64,000 nucleotides of DNA from Paramecium tetraurelia (taxonomy: Eukaryota), in contig CT868363.1 in NCBI GenBank assembly GCA_000165425.1, forward strand, positions 248,001 to 312,000. The letters run 5' to 3'. Below, piece after piece: positions 1-12,945 of this stretch. A model generated the notes under the pieces. The model did no database searches. It had not been told where the DNA came from and saw nothing but the letters and a program-made list of their open reading frames with translations. The position numbers and the translations under genes are program-made. Every line of letters begins with the position of its first letter. Within the stretch, counting starts at the first letter, position 1.

Positions 1-22
1 ATAATAAAATAAAAAGTGAATT

Positions 23-672
23 TCATTGAACATTATTTGTAAGTTCTTCATTTGTTATACATAATTATTCTGACTGCTGTAATTCATCTTGAAATTGGAG
101 CTTACTATGGCTGATAAGAAGCTTTTAGAGAGATTTGTTATCTTTGATAACTCTATGGTTCCTTTCCAGGAGTGATGAGCAAAGATTATGTAAATAATCA
201 CATTTTTAGGAGAGCTATAATTTTATTAATAATTTATAGTTGTTACTTGATTGAGTTAATCTGTAGAATCATTTTGTACTGGTATATCTATAGGAATAAG
301 CTCGTTATGTTATTTCCGTTTGATTTAATGAAGTAGATCCCTAATTAATTTGAAGAATACTTTCTGCCTTTTTGGAAATATTCATTTTTGAATTCATTGA
401 CTATACCTCCTCTGGATTTATGAAAATCATACATGTTTAACTCATTATAGTGACAAGAACTACCTATCTAATGAAGGAAGAGAAATTTTAATGCTTGAAG
501 TGGATGGGTAGAACAATCGATGAGAATTGGCTCGTATTCTTGACAGTAAAGGATAGTCCATCTTCATTCCAACTCACTATATCTTCGTAAATATTATTCT
601 AAATATGTGATCTTTGAGTACTTCTAAAATGTTGTATGTCTTGAGGATGAAACTAGAAATTTAATTCTTCAT
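23..672 (-). CDS. HSF: Heat shock factor (HSF-type DNA-binding domain) protein
   Basis: Code-6 spliced translation (4 small introns): SSFILKTYNILE..IVSWNEDGLSFTVKN..FSSIVLPIHFKHQNFSSFIRQLNMYDFHK..FKNEYFQKGRKDLLHQIKRK, followed by a short coiled coil. Confidence 0.93.
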
Positions 673-690
673 TTATAATATATATATTAA

Positions 691-2062
691 TCACATAATT
701 CTTTCTGTTTTCAATTTATATTCTGCATACATAACAGGTTATTTACTTGGTTTCGACATGTGAGTTTTTCTTTAAGAATTTTCTTTTGTTTCATATTAAG
801 TTTTAATGCGTTCCCACCTATCATTTTCAGTGCACACCCTTCTTTCAGTAGACTTGGGTCTTGCTGAAATCCGATTATCATACGCTCTTTTCATAATCAT
901 AGCAGTAGTATAATTATTTTCATAAGATTTAGTTTTGTTATGATAAACACTTGGAATAGGTTTTCGTTCTATTGAACTACTTGGTTTATCAACAACTGAT
1001 TTAATGCTCTGATGAGTTCGGACTCTCTAGGTTGACTAAGTTGGCTACTGATATTTATTTAAGAGGTGATAGGTAGTAGTAATTGGATTGTGTTTATTAT
1101 TGATGATCATTTCTTTGCATTTTTCACTATCAATTCCTACCGCTTGTAACTATTTAATTATGTTTGAATTGATTGCCAAAGTGCGATGAATTTGAATAGA
1201 GTAGGAGTGTTTGCTTATAAAATATAATTATGATTACCTTACAAAGGGATGCATCTTAATTTTAGCAATGCTCAATCTATTTAAAGGGTTCTTGTTCAAT
1301 AATCCCTGAAGTAGGTCTACTACTTGGACACTAAGATGGGAGGGTTTCTGGAAATCAGAATGTTTGATCTTCTCATAAAGTTTTCTGGTATTCGAATCTT
1401 CAAAAGGTACATATCCACAAAGCATAGCATATAGGATTATGCCACTTGCCCAGATGTCTGTCTTGATCCCTGAATATGAGATGCCTGAAACCATTTCTGG
1501 AGCAGCATAACAGGGGGAACCACAAGGAGTTTGAAGTAGATCGGTATAGATATTACTTAGACCGAAGTCAACGACTTTTAAGGTGTTATTTTCAAGGAGC
1601 AAATTTTCAGGTTTAAGATCTCGATGGGCTACTTTAAGGGAATGCAAATATTCTATGGCTTCAATGATTTATGAAAAGAGAGCTGCAGCTTCATTCTCTG
1701 GGAGTCGTTTGCTTTTTACGATGTGTTGGAATAGTTCACCTCCGCTGACGAACTCCATGATGAGATAGATTTTAGTTTCAGATTCAAGGATTTCATAGAG
1801 TTAAACAACATTGGGGTGGCGAAGTTTACGAAGAATATGGATCTCTCTTTGGATTCTAGTGAAGTCTGCAGGCTGTTCTATTTTGCTCTTCTCTAGAATC
1901 TTGATGGCTACAAATTATTGAGTGGGCTTATGGAGACCTCTGTAGACTTTACCAAAGGTTCCCTTTCCAATGGACTGCTCTATATAGTTTAAGTTATGCA
2001 CCTATGATGTAATTGTCGAGTGGATTGGCGGTGTTGTGATTGAGGCATTGAAGATTATTCAT
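691..2062 (-). CDS. SNF1/AMPK-like CAMK Ser/Thr protein kinase
   Basis: IGKGTFGKV, VAIK, HRDLKPEN, DFG, TPCGSPCYAAPE; introns at 1980-2001 and ~1214-1237; UBA-like NKHNPITTTYHLL after the kinase domain. Confidence 0.93.
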
Positions 2063-2078
2063 GTTCGTTAATTAATTA

Positions 2079-3053
2079 ATGGGAAATAAGAATATATGTT
2101 GTAATTAGGAAGAATAATAGCGATAATCACAAACCCTTGGTTCAGAATGTATAATGACAATTCCAGATATTAGTGAAGCAATTCCTCTCTTTTAGTTGGC
2201 ATGCTCGAGTCAATGAGATCATCAATAGAGATTACAATAACATACCTTTATTAAATGAATACAGAGTATCGCCTACTCTTTAAACCATTCAGCAGCATTT
2301 ACATATCAAAAATCAAATGTTGAGTGACATATTTTATAGCTTCGTCCAAAATTCAAAGGAAATGTTATTTCATTCACAAATGAAGATTTCATTTTTTTCG
2401 ACTTCAATTATTGTATCAGATAATAGTTGTCACTCCTAATTAGCTTAGAGTTTCATAAAAGCAACCGAATTGTAAATTGTAAAATCTCTATCATCTAGTC
2501 ATCTTGATTTAAAATTGGAAATTAACCAATTTATTCATTTCTTTGCTGATCTCATTCTAAAATTCTACAAATCAACCCTTACAATTGATGAAGTCAAGAT
2601 GCTCATCATGGATGAATTGTTTGGGAACGAGTCTTTTTATGATTTTGTCAAATAGCAATATGACAAAGGATTACATGGCAAAATAATTGCTTATCGAACA
2701 TATATTCAGATGAAGAGGAGATCTCGAAACAAACAAGAAAAGGCAGTCGTAATTCTATAGAGCATTGTTACTAAAAGATCACCAAAGGAAAAACTCATGG
2801 TTTTAGATATGGCAGCTCAGCAGTTGACTTAAGAGCTCAAGAATGTGGATGCCGATAAATTCAATGAGCTAGTTTTTGATTTGATTGTCTAAGCTAATAT
2901 ACCTTCATTCGTAACTGAGATTAAAATGATTCATCATTTTGCTGGGGAAATGTATAACTGATTAATAGGTTTACTAGTAATTCCTTAGGGAGATATGGCT
3001 ATGTCCTTACTAGTTTTATGGGAGTTTTAATGCTAATACTATAAAATTAGTGA
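2079..3053 (+). CDS. VPS9-domain (Rab5 GEF-like) protein with N-terminal MG..CC acylation motif
   Basis: MGNKNICC start; C-terminal SPKEKL..DADKF..LIVQANIPSFVTEIKMIHHF..GRYGYVLTSF resembles VPS9; 25-nt and 26-nt introns restore frame. Confidence 0.7.
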
Positions 3054-3276
3054 AAGAATAATGAATGTGACTTTTTGAGTAAAATTGGATCTCTTTTTTT
3101 ATTTGAATTTTATAGTGATATCAATATTACTAATATATTCTTAATAAGCTTGGTTCGAGTTACCCATATTGTAATTGATTTAAGCATCTCCTCGATAGGT
3201 TTATCATTAAATTAACATTCAATTCTCAGATATAAAGGTGTCATAATAAGATTTCAAATATAATTATATTTTATTA

Positions 3277-6200
3277 ATGAAAATTATTATGATCCTACTT
3301 TTGATTTCAATTTCCTATGTGTTCGCAGGAACCCTAACAAAGACAGATGCGTGCATTTGCAAACAAATTTTGAGTTAAAATGATTGTACTTCATAAAATG
3401 ATTGTCAATGGAATAGTGCATCTGGTCTTTGTGAAACTCGTAAATCAACTGATATCGAATCCTACTGTTCTCAGAGCACCACCTGTCCTATTACAGGTTG
3501 TGCATTCTACAATAAAAAGTGTAAACCATTTAGCGGTTGTACAGTTTATATCGCTACAACACACGCTGATTGTCAGGCTATCTCACCCTTATGTACAAGC
3601 AATGGAGAAAAGTGTATAAACGTAAGTGCAACTTGTGAGGAGTATCTGGTTTAAATAGCCTGTCAAATTAACACTTAACAGTATCCTTGTTTTTGGGATA
3701 GTTAGAATAGTAAATGCTAAGAGATTGCATCATGTGATCAATTTCCAACAACTTATGATTCACATGAAAAATGTTAATCCATGGGAGTACTTAAATCAAT
3801 TAAATGCACAGCCAAAGAAACAGGTGGTTGCATCAACATTGAAGATGATTGTACTAAATACACAGAAAAGGGTTGTGTTGTAAATTCTTTGGGGAATTCA
3901 TGTTTTTGGGATAATGCAGCATGTAAAGAGAAAACATGTGTCAATGCTCCAACAACATACAATACTTAAGCACAATGCAAATAATATATGAGCACATGCT
4001 CAGTGAATGAGAATATGGCTGGCTGTATAGACAGTCCTTCATCATGTGAAAATTACACTAAAGAAGGTTAATGTGTGTCTGTTAATGGATCAATCTGTTT
4101 TTGGTTTTCAATAACTTGCACTGAAGGATAATAAAATTGCACTGCAAGTTCAGGATGTAAGGTTTGGTCATGTGAAAATGCATTGAGCACTACTAACACA
4201 GATTTATTATGCTCGTAATTTAAGAGTGAATGTACTGTGAATGCAACAAATACTGGATGTATTAAAAGGGCAACTACTTGTAATTTGTATACAACATAAA
4301 ATTAATGTATAAAGACATTAGATGAATCTCAGAGATGTTATTGGAATGGTACAGGTTGTGTAAGTATGAGTTGTACCAATGCTGCCTTAACTACTTATAA
4401 TGAATCCAATTGTAGTAAATTTATGCCAACATGCACATTAGTCAATGATAAATGTGGAGTCAGAACTTGTAATACATACCCAACAGAAAAGTTATGCAGT
4501 ATAGATTATTAGAATAAATAATGTGTTTGGAGTGGATCTTGTGTCTTAAGAACATGTCAAAATGCAGGAGATGAATACAATACTCATAATGAATGTCAGT
4601 CTTGGTTGACGAGTTGTACAGTGTAGAATGACTTAACTGGTTGTTAGACCTAAGAATTAACTTGTGCTAAATATTTGAAATAGGAATAATGTTATATGGC
4701 TAATAATAATGCTATTTAATGTTTGTGGATAGATAGTAAATGTGTTTAAAAGACATGTATTACTGCTAGTACATTGATATCAACTGATGAGGAATGTAAT
4801 TTTTATTTAGGAGGATGTATGATAAACAATAATCATGCTGGTTGTGTTGCCAGGAAAACTAAGTGCAGCGATTTGCTTTAATTTTAATGCACATTCACAT
4901 TATCAGGTTAATTATGTTTTTGGGATGGAACTTAATGTGTGGACAGGTAATGTACATAAGCCAAATATAATACTTATAGGGCTTGCACAACATTTTTATC
5001 ATCTTGTACTGTTAGTTACACAGGTACAAACTTTGATGGATGTACTAGTAAATAATAATATTGTTCTGAATATCAATTTGAATAGAATTGTATAGAGAGT
5101 TTAACAGAAGGCAAATGCATTTGGAATAAAAAGGGATCTCCTAATTTATGCGAAACGAGAAATTGCTTCAATTCAGATTAAACAACATCTGATGCCGCTT
5201 GTAATAATCATCTTAATACTTGTACTGTAAATGCTTCTAAAACTGGTTGCATTGAGAGATATGATAAATGTTCCTTATTTACAAGTCAAATTAATTGTGT
5301 CAAAAATTTAACAGGAGGAGAATGTTTATGGTACAATAACACATGTACAGATAGAACTTGTGATAAAGCAGATAAAACATTTACAACCCATGATGGTTGT
5401 TAAACTTACAGCAGTAAATGCACAACTAATGGAAAAGGTTGCATAAACATTGATATATGTACTTCATATAATTTAAAGTCTGGATGTATAATAGATAAGA
5501 ATAATCGTAATTGTGCATTCCAACCTAGTTGCAATGTATTATAATGCTCAGATGCTCCTTAATCATATTCAACTGACTAAGATTGCACGAATTTCAAAAG
5601 TGAATGCACCACCAATGGAAGTGGTTGTGTTCTTAGAACAACTTGTACAGATGCATATATCTAAGAAGCTTGTGTTACAGATTCATCGAATAATAAGTGT
5701 GCATGGATCAATAATAGATGTGTAAATTTTGGATGCAGCAGTGCTCCAAGTAAATATGTGACAGAAAAGGAATGCCAACTGTATAAATAGGGTTGTACAG
5801 TAAATCAATCAGGTGGATGCATTTAAAAGGGAACTTGCAAAGATGCTAAAATATAGGCAGCATGTACAACTGATAAAAATGGAAACGAATGTGAATTCTC
5901 TGCTGCTGGATGTAGAGATAAGGTTTGTAGTGATTACACTTTTACAACTCATAAAGAATGTTAAGCAGCCAAAAGTATATGTACTACAGATGGAACCAAA
6001 TGTGTCAATTAATAAAATTGTAGTCTAAAAACAAAGAGTGGATGTTTCTATGGAAGTGATGGACCATGTTTATGGATTAACAATGCTTGTTATGCTTATA
6101 CATCATGTTAATCACTTGTATTTAGTGATCACACTTCCTGTTATTCTTTCAGTAATGAATGCACAACTGATGGAGTATCATGCATTGCTATTGACAAATG

Positions 6201-7294
6201 TGCCAGTTTTAGGCAGCATCAAGTTGTTATCAAGGTACAGATGGTCGATGTGTCTATTCTCCTGATTCTTTGAATGGATAAAGTAAATGCAAAGTATATG
6301 ATGGATGCAAATCTGCCTTTTTCAATACTCATGTGCAATGTTAACTTGTAGATGCCACTTGCACAACTGATGAAGCCAGTTGTATTGATCTATAAGATTG
6401 TACATTATATACAAAATAAAGTACATGTAATATAGATTAAAAGAAGAACAAATGCTACTATGATGATAAAGAAAAGAAGTGTGTTGAATTAGAGTGCAAA
6501 TATATAACATTAACAACTCACCAAGAATGCAATGATCAATTATCCACTTGCACTTCAGATAATACTAAATGTATTAGTATGGGTAAGTGTGAAACCTATG
6601 CTAAAGATTACTGCAACACTTCATTAGGAACAGATGGCAAATGTTTATACGATCCAAATGTTCGCAAATGTCGTCTTGCATTATGCACAGAATTAAATAA
6701 TTCTTGCTCTTAAATATCTAATTGTGTGGACAGTGGCATCGGATGTGTTGTCAAAGCAACTTGTGATAAATATGAAACTGAAATCGCATGTAAATAAGGA
6801 GGATCCGATGGTTTATGCGTATGGTATTTAAACAATGGAGAAGGAGCTTGTAAACTAATGACATCTTGTTCTGATGGCTCATCCAACAAAGAAGTTTGTA
6901 CTTAGAAATCATGGAACTGTTAATGGACTGAAACATCCACTTAAACTGCCTGTGCTTAACACACTTGCTCATCCAAATATAAAGAAACTGGAATTTGTCA
7001 ACCTATTTTAGATTTCGAATAAAAGAACTATGAATTATGTGCCTTGACCACAGTTCCTAATGTATTTCCATGGAATTTGCATCATTAATAGAAAGTAATT
7101 GCTTCTAGGCAACAGCATATACTTACACCTGGGATTCTGCTAATTCTAAATGCTTAAAATGTGGAACCACTTTTACAAACAACACTAATAATCAAAGTAA
7201 CAATTCCAATAATGATACCAACTAGACGGACACCAACAGTCAATCCCCAATATTATTTACATTCATCATTATGATTATTAGTATATATATATGA
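3277..7294 (+). CDS. Cys-rich Paramecium surface-antigen-like protein (signal peptide, periodic Cys repeats, hydrophobic GPI-type C-terminus); two 1-nt frameshifts in this sequence
   Basis: MKIIMILLLISISYVFA signal; repeated CxW, CTTNG.GC and CTVN..GC motifs; ends ILFTFIIMIISIYI*; frame breaks at ~6212 and ~7059. Confidence 0.85.
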
Positions 7295-7296
7295 AT

Positions 7297-8247
7297 TCAC
7301 AAATCTTCCAAATTAAGTATATCAAAGTTCTCCTTTTACACTTCCTATTAATTATCGTACCATTTTAACAGCTTTCCTTCTTGCCATTCTCCAAATCTCG
7401 TTTGCCCATTTTCTAATACTACTTTCCCCTTCCCATTAGGCTTAGATTACTTAAAACTACCTTCATAACTTCTTCCATCTAAAATAACTTAAAATCTAAT
7501 ACTTCCCCACTTGAATATTCCGTACCCATTTGGAGCATCTTTGTTAAATAACCCAATATATTGACAACCATTTGTCCATTTCATTGATCCTTATCCACAC
7601 ATATAATCTTCAAACCACTCTCCCTAATATTCCTTACCACTTTTCCAAACTTATACCCCTTAACCATGCCGCTTGTTATTTATCCACAATCCAGTATACT
7701 GTGAGCCATCACTCCATATATAACTACCCTAACCCTGCTTTATCCCTTCGTAGAAATATCCCTCATATTTACTCCCATCCTCCCATGTTTCAATCCCAAA
7801 TCCTTATTATAGATCATCCTTCCATTACCCTTCATACTTACCTCCATTCTGAGATTGGAATGTTCCTTGACCGTTCTATTTATCGTTCTCCCATTGTCCT
7901 TCATAATAATCCCCATCGGGATATACAAATTTGCCCTAACCATTTGCTTTGTTATTTTTCCATTCTCCCTAATATTCGGAACCATCAGGCCATTTCAAAA
8001 TTCCAAAGCCTTCCCTCTTATTGCCCATCCAGTCACCCAAATACACTCCTCCACTCTTCAGTGTCACAGCCAACTATTTAGTTCTCTCCTGTGTTTTTGT
8101 GGTTTGACTAGAATTCATCCCTTTTTACTTCTTCTTGTAATTGTACTTTATGTTAATTTAACGAGGATCTAGTCGTTTTGATTCTGCATCTTCACATGGT
8201 TCCATATCTTCGGGATACTAGGAATTGTTGCAACACTAAGCTCCCAT
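7297..8247 (-). CDS. MORN-repeat protein with N-terminal MGAQCC motif
   Basis: Tandem YxGxWxxxKxxGxG repeats (YQGEWKNNKANGQG, YEGQWENDKQNGQG, etc.); one intron ~7480-7504. Confidence 0.92.
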
Positions 8248-8413
8248 TAAATATAAAAATTAAATGAATTAAGACGGATTCGAAAATTTTGATGAAGGTA
8301 CTAATTCTAATTTAATATTTCTAGATATAATAAGCAGTAGGCCCTTAGATCATTTTCATTAACAGAATCAAGCACCTCAATTAAAGAATTTCAATTTTCT
8401 AGTTGTTTAAAAA

Positions 8414-9427
8414 ATGAATGTTGAGGGACCTAGCATAATGCAAAAGTACATCGTCGAGCCACTTTAACATGCCGGCTAGACAGCAGTTGAAGTAGAATAT
8501 ACATAATAAATTATAGGGCACAAAAAATGCCCTCTTTCAACTCCCGAAATGGTTTAAATGGGGTGCGTCTGAATTAATCAATAAATTATCATCTTCTTTC
8601 CATAGAGCTCCAGAAGAAACACAACCAGAACCAGAGCAGAAATAACAATAACCTGAAAACCCACCTCCCGAAGATAATATTGATGATATTCCTGTTGTTT
8701 TTGTTGTTCCTAAGGAAATTTTGGAAGGACCAATTGCTGATAGATTGAGATGGATCGATAAACACAGGGATAACTGCGAAGTTTTCATTCCTCTAGAAAA
8801 ACCATTAAAGTACCAACTCTTTATAAATCAAGATTGAACAATTTCAATGGAATTCACAGTTCCTCGTCTTCCTCAAATAGTCCTGACGATTGTGACTTCG
8901 AAGTTAGAAGAATTTCATAAGAATTTAAATCTTAATACACTGTCTCTGAACTGTTCCCATCTACATAAAGTATGAAGTCAAAATTAATGGAATCAAACAA
9001 GAAATTCATCATGTCTCAAGATGATTATAGACTTTTAACTTAATAGAATACTGAAAATTAAAATTAAGTTGAACCCTAAAATATTTTACTTTATCCATTT
9101 TTAGGTGATTTGATCCCAAAAGAATAGGTTTTAGAACAAATTAAAAAGTTCTAATTTTAACAATCATCTTTTACTATGATTTAACCAGATATGTAATAGA
9201 TATAAACTGAATAAATTCCTTAATAGAATCAATTAAATTAAAATACTCAAAACTAATTTGTTCCTCTCTAATTGAATGGTTAACCATTTGAAATTACTTA
9301 ATAGCAATAATAATAATAATAACAATAATAATAATAATAATAACAATAACAATAAAAAAAATAATAATATATATAAATAGTACAATAGGATTAAGAAGAA
9401 CAATTAGAAGTTATGTTAGAGGGTTGA
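8414..9427 (+). CDS. Hypothetical low-complexity protein with C-terminal polyQ
   Basis: Open code-6 frame with two GT..AG introns; polyQ encoded by TAA/CAA/TAG at ~9299-9390. Confidence 0.7.
9299..9370 (+). repeat. (TAA/CAA)n trinucleotide run encoding polyglutamine
   Basis: taatagcaataataataataataacaataa... in frame within the 8414-9427 gene. Confidence 0.8.
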
Positions 9428-9593
9428 TTAATCTTATTTATTAACTATAGATGATAAAATTTATAAAAAACACTTTATTCTTGCATATTCCAATCATGTT
9501 TCACTATATATTTTAATAATAGAATTTCAATAAATTAAAACAAAAATTATATATAAATAATTTTCATAATGAATTCAATATATATTATATATT

Positions 9594-10462
9594 TCATTCA
9601 TTTTCCATATCCATCTCTTAATCAATCAAATTTAAAGCAAACTTCTAGGCATCAATTATTTCTTATAAAGACCAAGGAATCTTACATTTAGAATTTTTCA
9701 ATATTGACTATTCCATTTTCAATCTTATAAAATTTCTAAAATATTCCTCGTCATCATTTTTAGCACTATTCATCTAAAAATCCTTTAAGGCTTCCTCATA
9801 CATTCTTGAACAAAACTTTATAAACTTTAGTAGCTTGTAACTCATTTCTTCTTGGACTTCTCTAACGAAATGGTTGAGAATGTAATCTTTGATCTCTGAT
9901 CTAAAACTTTTGGATTTCAAAATTGTTCTAATGTAGGGCTAGTTGAATGACTTAAAGCCGGATTAATAATTAATGACCCCTATTTACATTTTCCTCTAAT
10001 AGTAATTTAAACTTACTTTTAAGGATGAATAAAATATTTTAGGTCTTTATTCATTTTCAAAGAGAGCTCTTTGAAATAAGCCTCATAGAAATCAATTTAC
10101 TATTGAGTTTACTTCTTTTTTTTACTAATTTTCAACTAATTCTAATAAAACTTCTGTTCTGCTTTCTTAAAGGCCTTCTTGAACACTAACTTTTGCTTCT
10201 CCTCGACTCTTTTGTGGTTTAAGGCGGATTTTCTGGTGTACATTTCGTGTGTCAATCGTTCTTCATCATTCAATTTTTATAATTCCTAGTCTGTAGATAG
10301 AAGTCCTTATTAAGCATTATTGAGTTAATGAAAAAAAGGGCTATTCTTTTTCATCTGTTCGTAGATATCTGGATTATTGTTCTCTAATTAGGATAGCATA
10401 GCTTGCGATTCTTCATCTGGTGTATCTATAATTTAAGGTGTAATTTTTGATACGTAATCCAT
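9594..10462 (-). CDS. Hypothetical basic protein with C-terminal KCKIPWSLQEI motif (ciliate family)
   Basis: Long open code-6 frame MDYVSKITP...KCKIPWSLQEIIDAQKFALNLI..*. Confidence 0.7.
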
Positions 10463-11493
10463 TTTCTTTTTTAATTATATTAATTGTTTTGTGTTTTTGC
10501 ACACATTTTTAAAAGCCTAGAAATTTTAATAGAAGATATACTGTACAACTTTAATAGTGGATTTAAAATATGAAATTCACAATCAAATTAATATGCATTG
10601 ACCAAATTTTAAGCTTATTTAATTTAAAAAGAGAAATCTAATAATTACATAAAGGAATTCAAAGTTTAGAGTTACACTATCCAAAATAATTATTGTTAAA
10701 AATAGACAAGTGATTCCATAGAGAAACAGAAAGAAAAATAAAAGAGGACTAATTTAATTAAAATAATATTTCATAGGGAGATTGAATTTTGCTTAAAGTA
10801 CAAGTCAATCAAAATATAAAAAAATTTATTTTATATGTAAAGAATATAAAATTAACAGTTAATTTTAGTCTATTTTTATTTTTTTAGAAGATAAAGTTAT
10901 TAAAGAATTTATTTAGTGGAATTTAAATAAATGAAAATAATGATTCCTATGTTCTTTGTATTTTAGTATAATTATTAAATCGAAAAGAATATTATTCAGC
11001 TAAATAAAGATTTTATTGAATATATTTGTCTATTAAAATATCATTTATTTCTTATTCTTTAGGCCTAAATATTTAGAAGTTATTTCTAAAAGATGACTCA
11101 TTAATAAACTATATCATGTCTTAATCTTGATTGACCAAGATATTATTTAGGTGAAATACTTTTAAAATTTATAAGTTATTACTCTTAAAAGTCTATTTCT
11201 TTTTAATATTAAAAAGGTAAACATAATCAAGATAATAATCAATCTTCATTGTATTTCTAAGCAAACGAAGTTTTTGATAATAGGTACTCTTTAAGACTTT
11301 GAGGTTACTTTGTATTTCAATTAAATTAATACTAAATAAAAATTATATAAAAATTTGAAATATTCCGTTCTCACTTTATTTTTACAAAAGTTATAATATA
11401 ATTTCTCAAGTCCAAAGTCTAAAATTCAATTATTTTATATACTAATTCTTGGATTATTAATATATTTAGCAGTTAATATATAAAAAATTATGA

Positions 11494-12082
11494 TCATAGC
11501 ATTTATCTAATTTCGCAAAGTTGCCCCCTGAAGTCTTCACTCATTTTATCAAGTGCATTTTTGATAGTCTAATTCACAACGATTAATAATTAGTCATTAA
11601 ATTCTGCATTTGGATCAGTTCCCAATTTATCATCAATGCTACGAACTATTTATTATGATCCTTCTCTTAATTTTGCCTCATACCACCTACTGGTAGAATT
11701 GAATATTACCTGTACAAACAATTAATAGAGGATTCTAAATCTTTAATTCTCAAATCTACTTATTAAACCTCTAATTATGGCTTTTAGGGCATCGATTCTA
11801 TTTCTCTTAATTTTCTTTCAGCACATCTTTCCTATAAGATTTATGAATATTTATTACAAGTCTTCCTTATTTCTATTCATTAACATCCTGTTTCTTTTAA
11901 ACTTGTTTAACATTGGCTTCAGTTCTTTAGATTGATGGAATGTATTCAATCATTTGTAATAGAGGGAGTAGAGCATCTTATTATAAATTTACTCTATTTA
12001 AATCAGCTATAAAATATTGATTATATTGAATACATTCAAATTTATCTATTCTTGCCTCAATTGATTAGTCTATGTCACTCAT
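11494..12082 (-). CDS. Hypothetical coiled-coil protein (may extend 5' toward ~12444)
   Basis: Three canonical tiny introns give a continuous frame MSDIDQSIEARIDKFE...LCEIRQML*. Confidence 0.65.
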
Positions 12083-12945
12083 TTTAACGGATTAATTGAT
12101 TATTTTATTTTTTATAATTATATAAATCACTTTAATTTGAGAAATGCTATAATGATGACTTATTTATATTAAATCAGCATCACATCTGTTATTATACCCC
12201 TATGCATTATTAAATGGACTCCTTGATTTGGATGGCTAAGATACATAAATGTTTAACTAAGGAAATTTCATCAAACTATTCATTTTAATAGTTAGAATGG
12301 GTTATTTTAATTGGACTACTGAATATTAATTCATGGAATATCTAATAATTATAAACTAACACTATTGAATTAAGATAATTATTAGGAGAAGTTTTATTTT
12401 ATTTTTGCAATTAATTATTAGCATGGAATCTCAATATTTTACATGAATATAATGCAATTGCTATAATATATATCAAATATGACCTAAAATATATAAAAGT
12501 ATTTTATCATTAAAAAAGTTTTAGTTTTCTCAAATATATTTCGATCAAGAAGAAGATTAAGAATAAATTATATCAATCAATCGTATCATCATAAACTGCA
12601 AATTATTTAAGAAAATTTGTATAATTTATTGAATTGCATTTAGATAATAATAATAAAGCTATATAGATTAATAAGGGTCTAACACTTGCACACTAAATAG
12701 AAAGACAATTTTGAAACGAGAATATGAATATAGAATTCTAACTTTAATGATTTCTTAAAATTTATTTTAATTGTTGTAGAGCAGGGAATGACCATTATAG
12801 AATTAATGAATACTCATTTCATCCTCCTGAAACTACTTTGTCAGATGATTATAATTGATAGTACCATAAATGATAGACTCTTAATTAGTTGAAAGCTAAC
12901 TAAAATAAATTGAAAAAAAAGATATAATGAAAATAATAGTAAATA

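Noticed and set aside
3150..3170. GGTTCGAGT tRNA T-loop/B-box-like motif
   Set aside because: No cloverleaf stems or A-box in the flanks
6205..7062. Cryptic IES excision (TA-indel) as the cause of the surface-gene frameshifts
   Set aside because: Cys spacing at the first site implies only one base is missing, far below IES size, and TA at the sites is expected by chance
7572..8172. Plus-strand ORFs of 169 and 105 aa in the ORF track
   Set aside because: Antisense shadows of the minus-strand MORN gene
12083..12444. Possible upstream exons or separate small minus-strand gene
   Set aside because: Needs a 19-nt intron and a non-AG acceptor to join the downstream gene; unsupported
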